From an uncultured Gammaproteobacteria bacterium (GTDB lineage Bacteria > Patescibacteriota > Patescibacteriia > Magasanikbacterales > UBA922), in assembly GCA_965231005.1 (NCBI GenBank), contig OZ246405.1:231204-295203 (forward strand): DNA of 64,000 bases, written 5' to 3'. A program made the position numbers and the translations under genes. Below the pieces are notes generated by a model that saw nothing but the letters and a program-made list of their open reading frames with translations, was not told where the DNA came from and did not search any database. Position 1 is the stretch's first letter; each line of letters begins with the position of its first letter. Positions 8,740 to 16,205 of this stretch are shown piece after piece.

Positions 8740-10224
8740 TTAGGGTATTTGTGAAACGCACGAACCCACTTTCTCCGTTGTCTTGCCATCACTAGATTTC
8801 TTCTTTTCACAGATATGATCTGAAGCACAGCTAATATCTGTCTGGCATTTTACTCCCTCTTTTCCGTTCGTACACTTATTATCTACAGGATTACAAATAT
8901 TACTTTTACATTCACTTCCCACGCTACAAGATTCCCCATCTTTCTTCTTAGTTGCTTTCTTCTTAGTTCCAATTTTCTCACATGTGCCTGGCTTATCTCC
9001 AGGACCTACGTTTGACTTAGAACATATTAATCCTTTTGCACAACCGCTATTATACAAGCAAACAGTTCCTTCCTTTCCATCTGTACACACTCCTTCTTCA
9101 AGAAGACTCTTAAGACTACATATTCCTGTATCACAGTCTTTTCCAGTACTACATTGTTGTACTTTACCAGATGAATCAACACACTTATTGTTCTTACATT
9201 CACCCGATTCACACTGTGTGGACTTCGTACAAGAACTGCCAATTTTTCTTTTGACTGTGTCAGTACTCGCTTGATTGGTTGCAGCAGGTTCAAACGATTC
9301 AAATGGATCAAAGACTAGGTCAACAATTGCATAACTTGAGAAAATAACAAACATTCCAGCCACTGCCCAGGTAATAACATCTTTTGCTTTGCTAATATCT
9401 TGTTTTGTTGCACCACCACCAACAACTGTTGAACCCATCATGAGAAGAAAACCACCATAAATAAACATGGCAAATGCAATGGTTCCAAGAAGACCCATTG
9501 CTGTTTTAATGATTCTTCCAATGAGTTTTTGTACGGTTGTACCAGGAGTAAATTGGTTTAAATCTTTTAATAACTTTGCCTGATCAGCAGTAAGTAAATC
9601 ACTGTGCTGATACTTCTTTGCATCTTTTTCAATAGCATCAACAGCCTTTTTTACCTCTCCTGCAGCTCCCAAAGCTGCTTTTTTTGCCTTCTCATATGCC
9701 TCAGTTTGGGACTTTTTTAGTTTTTCCAAACCTTCTTTACAAAGTGGATCATGCGATTGAGTTTTTTTTGATGTATAACCAGTACTAGTATATGATGGAC
9801 ATGTCCCTGGATTGTTATCAATCGCACTCTGCAGATTACCCCCCTTGTAATATAAACAACAGACAAAAGCATCCTTAACTGCACAGGTCAGTTCGTGCGT
9901 ATGATCCAAGTATGAAACTGTTTTTTTATAACCTGAGCATTCTTTTTGTTTAACTTCCACAGGAAGATCTGAATTTAAGTACGCCTTGGAAAAGGCATAA
10001 CCTTTCTTTTTGGGAGGACATTCTTTATTAACAGAATCAGAAAAATCAATCAAATCTAAATTTTTGGGTAAATCCTTCCATGCTTGTAAACCTGATACAT
10101 TACATTCTTTTCCTTTAATAGTAAGAATACACTCACACACTGATGCCGCACTAACAGGAGGGACAAAAAACACACCCATCAATAGTATTGAGAGAACTAA
10201 TCCTATTCTGAAGAAATACTTCAT
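8740..10224 (-). CDS. Large T4SS pilin family protein with N- and C-terminal Cys-rich domains (paralog 13)
   Basis: 494 aa with a signal peptide. The central pilin core is FAMFIYGGFLLMMGSTVVGGGATKQDISKAKD plus a TM helix. The C-terminal ~170 aa has the same C-x-S-x2-C-x-SG-x-C modules as paralog 7 (CTKSTQCESGECKNNKC...). Confidence 0.7.
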   Translation of the reverse strand: MKYFFRIGLVLSILLMGVFFVPPVSAASVCECILTIKGKECNVSGLQAWKDLPKNLDLIDFSDSVNKECPPKKKGYAFSKAYLNSDLPVEVKQKECSGYKKTVSYLDHTHELTCAVKDAFVCCLYYKGGNLQSAIDNNPGTCPSYTSTGYTSKKTQSHDPLCKEGLEKLKKSQTEAYEKAKKAALGAAGEVKKAVDAIEKDAKKYQHSDLLTADQAKLLKDLNQFTPGTTVQKLIGRIIKTAMGLLGTIAFAMFIYGGFLLMMGSTVVGGGATKQDISKAKDVITWAVAGMFVIFSSYAIVDLVFDPFESFEPAATNQASTDTVKRKIGSSCTKSTQCESGECKNNKCVDSSGKVQQCSTGKDCDTGICSLKSLLEEGVCTDGKEGTVCLYNSGCAKGLICSKSNVGPGDKPGTCEKIGTKKKATKKKDGESCSVGSECKSNICNPVDNKCTNGKEGVKCQTDISCASDHICEKKKSSDGKTTEKVGSCVSQIP

Positions 10225-10232
10225 ACTATTTA

Positions 10233-11108
10233 TTATGCAAAGAGTGATGCAATATTATCTTTCATCTCTTTGTCTTTTAGTGCAAAATGAATAGACGTCT
10301 TCAAGAGAGCAAGTTTATTTCCAGTATCAAAGTAAATTCCATCATATTCATAGGCATAAAATGGCTTTTTCTTTGCAAGTTTATTTGCTGCATCAGACAA
10401 CCAGACCTCGCCATCACGTCCACCTTTTTGTTTTTCAAGAATTGGCCAAATATCTTTTGTAAATATGTATCTCATTCCTCCAACGATAAGACCTTGTGGA
10501 GAAACATTTCGCAATTTTGGCTTTTCTTCAAATTTCTTTACTTTAAATAGTCGAGAATCCTTTGTTGGAGTAGCATATACATTTCCGTATTTTGTCATTG
10601 CTTCCCGATCTTGAATGCGTTGAACACCAATCACTGATGCTTTTCTCTTATAAAAGACATTGAGGATTTGTTTTGTAACTGGAACACGAGAATCAATAAT
10701 ACTGTCACCATCTGAAAATGCAAATGGCTCATCTCCTATAATATCTCGAGCACAGAGTAATGCGTCTCCATTTCCAAGTGGTTTTGATTGTCTTGTATAA
10801 ATAAAACGTGCCTTCTTTGACAATGCTACCAAGTCAGCAATACGAGAAAACTTTCCTTTCTTTTTCAAATACTGCTCATAATCAAGATTACGATCAAAAT
10901 GATCTTCAATCGCACGCTTTTGCGAACTTGTAACAAATATAATTTCTGTAATTCCACTTGCAACCATTTCCTCTACAATATATTGCACAACTGGCTTATC
11001 CAGCACTGGCAACATTTCTTTTGGCATGGCCTTTGTTGCTGGCAAAAAGCGCGTCCCTTGCCCAGCAACCGTAATAACTCCCTTTCTCACACGAAGAGAT
11101 TTTGACAT
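10233..11108 (-). CDS. galU: UTP-glucose-1-phosphate uridylyltransferase
   Basis: VITVAGQGTRFLPATKAMPKEMLPV is the classic GalU N-terminal motif. The start was trimmed to ATG 11108 (MSKSLRVRKGVIT). Confidence 0.85.
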   Translation of the reverse strand: MSKSLRVRKGVITVAGQGTRFLPATKAMPKEMLPVLDKPVVQYIVEEMVASGITEIIFVTSSQKRAIEDHFDRNLDYEQYLKKKGKFSRIADLVALSKKARFIYTRQSKPLGNGDALLCARDIIGDEPFAFSDGDSIIDSRVPVTKQILNVFYKRKASVIGVQRIQDREAMTKYGNVYATPTKDSRLFKVKKFEEKPKLRNVSPQGLIVGGMRYIFTKDIWPILEKQKGGRDGEVWLSDAANKLAKKKPFYAYEYDGIYFDTGNKLALLKTSIHFALKDKEMKDNIASLFA

Positions 11109-11169
11109 AAAAAAACTATTCTTAAGTGGGAATAGTATAACACACAATGATTGTGAAATAAAACACGTT

Positions 11170-11628
11170 TTATTCTTTTATTTGACGAATCATAACATCC
11201 ACCAATTGCTCTGCCCTTTGCATAATTTCATCCTTGCTCAGATCTTGTTCTTGTTCACTCAAAATCTTGATCTGTTCGCGGACCAAGTCATGTCTCATAT
11301 TCTCAAGTTCTGTTTGATATGTAGATATTTTCTCTTTTAATATTTCAATTCTTTTTTGATCTTGTTTTACAGAATCTGGGTCATCTGCATCAGCGAGCTG
11401 AAGCTGAGCGCGAAGCTGCTGAAGTGCTTGTTTTACCTGCTGCATATTCAAAAAAATATTCTGCATCTGTTTTTTACTACTTTTAACTTCTTTTACCAAA
11501 AGATCAGCACGCTCAAGTGCGGCTGCGGCCTTTAGCTCTGGATCAACCTCACCCTCTCGTTGTTCTTTTGATTCATGCTGAGGTTCTCGTTCCCGAGTTT
11601 TTCTCAATATTTCCTTTTCTGATTCCAT
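11170..11628 (-). CDS. hypothetical coiled-coil protein
   Basis: 152 aa, charged, predicted coiled coil, with no recognisable motif. Confidence 0.5.
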   Translation of the reverse strand: MESEKEILRKTREREPQHESKEQREGEVDPELKAAAALERADLLVKEVKSSKKQMQNIFLNMQQVKQALQQLRAQLQLADADDPDSVKQDQKRIEILKEKISTYQTELENMRHDLVREQIKILSEQEQDLSKDEIMQRAEQLVDVMIRQIKE

Positions 11629-11753
11629 ACTAAAATGCTTTAAATGCCCTAAAGGCTTTAATAAGTATAGATTATTTTTTAGAAAAACAAAAACAGGACT
11701 TAGAAAATCCTGCTTTTATAGCCTTTAAGGCCTTTAGAGCCTTTACGGCATTT

Positions 11754-13541
11754 TTAGAGGAATCCTCCAGCTTGTAATTCCCACAACTTCTTATACGTTC
11801 CTTTCTTTTTCTTCAAGAGCTCTTTGTGCGATCCATCTTCAATAATCTTTCCATCTTCCATAACAATAATCCGATCCATCTTCATAATTGTTGAAAGTCT
11901 ATGAGCAATAACAATCACAGTCTTTCCTTTCATAAGTTTATCTAGAGCATCTTGGATAAACCCTTCAGATTCAGAATCAAGGCTTGACGTTGCCTCGTCT
12001 AAAATGAGGATTGGAGCATTTTTTAGCATTGCACGAGCGATCGAAACACGCTGACGTTCACCACCAGAAAGCTTTACCCCACGCTCTCCAACATAGGTAT
12101 CATATCCATCTGGAAAACTTGAAATAAACTCATGACAATGGGCTGCCTTTGCAGCAGCAATAACTTCTTCATCTGTTGCATCAGGATTTCCATAACGAAT
12201 GTTTTCCATAAGTGTTCGATGAAACAAAATTGCATCTTGCGGAACATAACTAAGTTGTGAGCGTAAGCTTTCAAGTGTGACTTGAGAAATCCGCTGACCA
12301 TCAATAAACACTTTTCCTCTTGTTACATCGTGGATACGAAGGAGCAATTTAACAATGGTAGATTTTCCAGCACCTGAATGACCAACAAATGCGAGTCTAC
12401 TTCCTGCACTGATCTTCAGACTAAAATCTGAAATAACCTGACGCGTTTTGTTGTAGCGAAAATCAACATGATCAAATTCAATTTTTCCTTTTTTAATAAC
12501 GAGTGGTTTTGCTCTTCGTGAATCAACAATTTCATGTGGTGTATCAAAAATCTCAGCCATTTCTTCTGCATCTGCAATGCGTTCATAATAATGTCGAATC
12601 ATTTTTCCAACATCCCACAACTGATGAAAAATGGTAAGCAAGTATGCCTGCAAAAGCACAAAGTCACCAACAGTAATAATACCCTTTGTCCAAAGATCAA
12701 TTGCAATGTAGAAAATTCCAAACTCAAGAAAAATCATGAGTAAAATCTGTACTGCTTCAAATGCCGTAGATAAATCCCAAGTAAATTTTCTGAGTTTTCT
12801 CAATGTTTCGGTAACATCTGCAAAACTCTTTTTTTCTCGTTCGTATCCTGTAAACAATTTCACATTTGAGTGATTTGTAATTGTATCTGCAAGCACTCCC
12901 GTCACTTTACTGTCCAGCCGGCTCCGCTCAAAATCATATTTTAATTTGTATCTGCTAAATGCATAGTTCAATAAAAATATAATAATGACCCAACCAAAAA
13001 TGCTGACGCTAAAAATAGGATGTTCAAAAAATAAGACAACAATAATTGCAGCAATTGATGTAAGCATCGGAACAAGTTCCCATGTAATAATGTCTGCAAT
13101 CCCTTCGAATGATCTGTAAAATCTATTTACCCGTTTTACAAGCGAACCAACAAAATGATTTTGGAAAAATGAAAAAGAGTGTTTGTGCAAATACCCAAAA
13201 CAAGTGTTTGCAAGTTCTGTCATAAGTGTTGTCTGATAATAGCTGTTAACAAATCCTGAAATACGCCAAAATAACCAGCCTGCAAGATACACCATGAGGA
13301 TGGTGACAATAACTGAAAGTAATTCTGCTGGAACATTTCCAACAGCAACTGTGCCAGTTACAATATTAAAAAATTTCTTGTAGAGAATTGGCCCCACCTG
13401 ATTAAGAAGTGATGCAATAATAACTGAAACAATCAAAACAAAGCCCGCTATGTTATGCTGACGCATGTGTTGCCAATAAATTTTGTATGTAAGCTTTGTA
13501 AGTCGTTTCATAAAATGAGAAAGAGGCATATGATGCCCCAA
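11754..13541 (-). CDS. ABC transporter ATP-binding/permease fusion (exporter, MsbA-like)
   Basis: 595 aa with six N-terminal TM helices. It has the ABC signature LSGGERQRVSIARAML and the Walker B ILILDEATSSLD. An alternative start is ATG 13511. Confidence 0.85.
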   Translation of the reverse strand: MGHHMPLSHFMKRLTKLTYKIYWQHMRQHNIAGFVLIVSVIIASLLNQVGPILYKKFFNIVTGTVAVGNVPAELLSVIVTILMVYLAGWLFWRISGFVNSYYQTTLMTELANTCFGYLHKHSFSFFQNHFVGSLVKRVNRFYRSFEGIADIITWELVPMLTSIAAIIVVLFFEHPIFSVSIFGWVIIIFLLNYAFSRYKLKYDFERSRLDSKVTGVLADTITNHSNVKLFTGYEREKKSFADVTETLRKLRKFTWDLSTAFEAVQILLMIFLEFGIFYIAIDLWTKGIITVGDFVLLQAYLLTIFHQLWDVGKMIRHYYERIADAEEMAEIFDTPHEIVDSRRAKPLVIKKGKIEFDHVDFRYNKTRQVISDFSLKISAGSRLAFVGHSGAGKSTIVKLLLRIHDVTRGKVFIDGQRISQVTLESLRSQLSYVPQDAILFHRTLMENIRYGNPDATDEEVIAAAKAAHCHEFISSFPDGYDTYVGERGVKLSGGERQRVSIARAMLKNAPILILDEATSSLDSESEGFIQDALDKLMKGKTVIVIAHRLSTIMKMDRIIVMEDGKIIEDGSHKELLKKKKGTYKKLWELQAGGFL

Positions 13542-13777
13542 AATAAAAAGCCTTCTATAATAGAAGACGCTAAAATTAGCAAAATGTTACACTCAGCAAT
13601 GAGCAATTAGCAACTAACAATTAACAAACGAGTACAGAAAGACTCTTTATGCTGAGAATGGTATTACTAGTTATTAGCCAATAGGTAATAGACAATATAA
13701 AAAAGATTTAAACCTAATTAGCTAGTAACTAGTAGCTAATAACTAATCCCTTTCTGTCAAAGTCATTCTATACTAAG

Positions 13778-13827
13778 TTGTTAATTGCTAATTGTTAATT
13801 GCTAATTGTTAGTTGTTAATTGTTATT
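13778..13827. repeat. AT-rich tandem repeat of about 3.5 copies of a 14-bp unit TTAATTGCTAATTG
   Basis: Read directly as ttgttaattgctaattgttaattgctaattgttagttgttaattgttatt. It contains stop codons in all frames and sits in the 13560-13850 AT-rich spacer. Confidence 0.7.
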
Positions 13828-13849
13828 AAAAAAACACCTCATTAGGTGA
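13828..13849 (-). terminator. Rho-independent terminator (minus strand)
   Basis: An A-run is followed by the hairpin cacctcattaggtg, which on the minus strand is a hairpin followed by a T-run. It would terminate a minus-strand transcript covering the GC-rich element upstream. Confidence 0.5.
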
Positions 13850-13865
13850 ATCGACGAAAGTACTG

Positions 13866-14395
13866 AGGCCGCCGAGAGTGGTTTCTAACGATACTACTGC
13901 TGAACACTGTGATGGCCGTGGCCACCTATGTGTTCACAGTTGCACGATTAGCATACCTTTTAAACTCTCGGCTGGCGCCCCCTTTGTTTTTTGCCTTCTT
14001 GCTCCATTGGAACCACCAACAATCCAACGCTAGCTATTCGATTTACCAATGTCGTTTCCTATCTTGGTTATTCGATTTGCTGGTCTTCATGAAGGATTCT
14101 GTTCCTCAGGGTCCCGCTTCAGGCATTGCAGTTCTTGCTCCCAACCTTGCAGTCGGGCTTTGGTACGAAGCTGACGATCGGCCGTGGTCTTCGATAGGCC
14201 TGTCAGCTGCGTTAGCATTCTCCTGTTGGGTAGCGGAAGCGCACTCGTTGCACTCCACTAGTCTTTGCGGCTCTTGGTTGCGCCTGCTTTCTAGGTTCCG
14301 ATACACTTGAGTACACATGTACTCTCATGTAGTTTCTCCCTTGGGCTAAGCGCGTTACCCACCTTGGATAACCGAGCAGTATAGCACAAAAAAAG
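13866..14395 (-). ncRNA. GC-rich structured non-coding element (candidate large ncRNA of unknown class, or a decayed gene remnant)
   Basis: About 530 nt, markedly GC-richer than its flanks. It has only short overlapping ORFs in several frames and no SD. Nested GC hairpins are visible (for example gccgagagt...actctcggc, and ggccgtggcc twice). It is bounded by minus-strand terminators at 14388-14411 and 13828-13849. I could not find the RNase P, tmRNA or SRP hallmark motifs. Confidence 0.3.
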
Positions 14396-14411
14396 GGTCT
14401 TGTCAAGACCC
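14388..14411 (-). terminator. Rho-independent terminator (minus strand)
   Basis: The hairpin gggtcttgtcaagaccc is preceded on the plus strand by an A-run, which is a T-run after the hairpin on the minus strand. Confidence 0.55.
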
Positions 14412-14447
14412 TAGCGCATTTAATGTGGTATTTTTAGCTTATTTTAG

Positions 14448-14475
14448 CAAAAAAAATACTCCCTTCCGGGAGTAT
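14448..14475 (-). terminator. Rho-independent terminator of the rpsF-ssb-rpsR operon
   Basis: The hairpin atactcccttccgggagtat with a flanking A/T-run lies 20 nt downstream of the rpsR stop. Confidence 0.7.
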
Positions 14476-14494
14476 TTCAACTATTTGATTTAGT

Positions 14495-14731
14495 TTATTT
14501 TGGCACAAAAGCCATAAGTCCTGCAATGCGAGCTTGTTTAATAGCTCGTGCAACCTTACGTTGGTGCCAGGCACACAATCCACTACGTCTTCGTGGTGCA
14601 ATCTTATTATAAGATGACACAAAACGACGCAAAAGATGAATGTCCTTGTAATTTACTTCTGGAATATCGTTTAAACAATAGTAACATTGTTTTGGTTTTC
14701 CAGCCTTTGTCTTTGCTTTGGTCTTTGCCAT
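14495..14731 (-). CDS. rpsR: 30S ribosomal protein S18
   Basis: 78 aa; CYYC...YKDIHLLRRFVS...GLCAWHQRKVARAIKQARIAGLMAFVP matches the S18 pattern. Confidence 0.9.
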   Translation of the reverse strand: MAKTKAKTKAGKPKQCYYCLNDIPEVNYKDIHLLRRFVSSYNKIAPRRRSGLCAWHQRKVARAIKQARIAGLMAFVPK

Positions 14732-14745
14732 AGAATATGGTGTTC

Positions 14746-15168
14746 TTAAAATGGAATATCTTCCACTTTTATTTCATCTGTTGATTCAGGTGGTGGTGGA
14801 GTGTTTTGTCCTTGTGATGCTGGTGCACCATTTCCACCTCGTGGTCCGTCGAGCATAATCATGTCTCGGACAATAATTTCTGTTTTGTATTTTTTTGCTC
14901 CGTCTTGGCCATCCCAACTTCGTGTTTCAATACGTCCTTCAACATACACACGTCTTCCTTTTGTCATGTATTGACCAGCGATTTCACCAAGTCTTCCCCA
15001 GAGTACACAGTTGTGAAATTCTGGTTTTTCTTGTTGATTTCCTGACTGATCTTTCCATGTCATGTTTGTAACAACAGTCATGCTTGCAACTGTTTTTCCG
15101 TTTGGAGTTGTTCGTAATTCTGGATCACGTACTACGCGTCCTAGAATTGATGCTCTATTGAGATCCAT
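14746..15168 (-). CDS. ssb: single-stranded DNA-binding protein
   Basis: 140 aa with an OB-fold N-terminus (ILGRVVRDPELRTTPNGKTVASMTV), a Gly/Pro-rich linker and a C-terminal DIPF tail. Confidence 0.9.
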   Translation of the reverse strand: MDLNRASILGRVVRDPELRTTPNGKTVASMTVVTNMTWKDQSGNQQEKPEFHNCVLWGRLGEIAGQYMTKGRRVYVEGRIETRSWDGQDGAKKYKTEIIVRDMIMLDGPRGGNGAPASQGQNTPPPPESTDEIKVEDIPF

Positions 15169-15218
15169 AAGATATGTGTTAAGAATGAAAGATACCTACT
15201 GAACGCAGGGACGTTCCA

Positions 15219-15836
15219 CTATACATCTTCCAAAGTCTTATCCAAGAGTTCATCAAGTTTTTTATCGATATCTTCAAGATTAACATCTTCTGACTTTGTT
15301 TCAACTGGTGCTGAAACAGGGATATCTTCTTTCGCTTTTTCTTCTGAAGCAGGTGCTTGTTCGGCAACTGTTTCAACTTTTTTAGATTCTGTTTTTGAAA
15401 CCACTGCTTCTGCCTTTTGTTCTTTCACAGCAGGCTTGCTTTGTGCAGGTTTAGAATCTTCTTTTCTTTCTTCTTGCTTTTTCCCACGCTCATAGTCATG
15501 TTGTTTTTGCTGCATTTTTTTCATGACTTTTTCCATTGCCTCGCGTGTTTCAGGATTAAACAATGTTATTACTGAACGTAACAATTGTCTTTCCATACGG
15601 AGTTTTGCTTGGATTGCTGGAATATGTTCAGCTTCGGCTTGGAAAGTAAAAAGAGAGAAATATCCGTAGCGAATATGCTTGATTGGATATGCGAGACGGC
15701 TTTTGCCTTGATCTTCAACGGTAAGTTCAGAACCACCTTGCTCTGTAACAATCTTTTTTACTGAGTCAACAAGTGGTTGTACTTCGTCTTCTGCCAGTGT
15801 ACCTGGCAAAACACATAACATTTCGTAATGCTTCAT
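15219..15836 (-). CDS. rpsF: 30S ribosomal protein S6 with long charged C-terminal extension
   Basis: The N-terminus MKHYEMLCVLPG...RLAYPIKHIRYGYF is the S6 fold. It is followed by an E/K-rich tail of about 100 aa. Confidence 0.85.
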   Translation of the reverse strand: MKHYEMLCVLPGTLAEDEVQPLVDSVKKIVTEQGGSELTVEDQGKSRLAYPIKHIRYGYFSLFTFQAEAEHIPAIQAKLRMERQLLRSVITLFNPETREAMEKVMKKMQQKQHDYERGKKQEERKEDSKPAQSKPAVKEQKAEAVVSKTESKKVETVAEQAPASEEKAKEDIPVSAPVETKSEDVNLEDIDKKLDELLDKTLEDV

Positions 15837-16034
15837 AAAAGGTTTATTTTGTCACCATCCCCCTCTGCTCGGATCGACCTCCGAACGATAGTGTTTGTAC
15901 TGATATCTATTTGTAATAAGCTCGAGTACTATAGCATATTATATTTTTTTGTCAAGATTCACACCTAAAATTAGCCATTATTAAACAAAAGTGAAAATAG
16001 CATAAAAAAGCTACAAATGCTTTAAAAGCAAAAA

Positions 16035-16125
16035 AGGCTATAAAGGCTCTTTTCAAAGCCATCAAAATTTATAAAGCCTTTATGGCCTTTGGAGCCTTTA
16101 AGGCTTTTATGGCCTTTTTACATTG
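16035..16125. promoter_or_regulatory. Array of 10-bp phased CCTTTA (GCCTTTA-W-GGC) repeats, putative curved-DNA / upstream regulatory element
   Basis: Read as aaggctataaaggctcttttcaaagcc...aaagcctttatggcctttggagcctttaaggcttttatggcc. The T-tract recurs every 10-11 bp. Similar arrays are at 6181-6223, 11715-11760, 17789-17835, 17949-17988 and 38975-39015. Confidence 0.5.
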
Positions 16126-16205
16126 ACTTTTAAGAAAAAAAATGATTATATTAGAGCGCCTTAGAGCAAGGAATCATCCTTGGTTCTGAACAAAGGGAGA
16201 CGACA

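Noticed and set aside
13909-14310. 133-aa plus-strand ORF inside the GC-rich element, plus minus-strand ORFs at 14106-14406
   Set aside because: It has no SD and a Leu/Ala/Ser-rich nonsense-like composition, and it overlaps ORFs on the other strand. The region looks non-coding or decayed.
13866-14395. RNase P RNA, tmRNA or SRP RNA identity for the GC-rich element
   Set aside because: The searches listed in the corresponding finding found none of these RNAs' hallmark motifs on either strand. It is left as an unclassified element.
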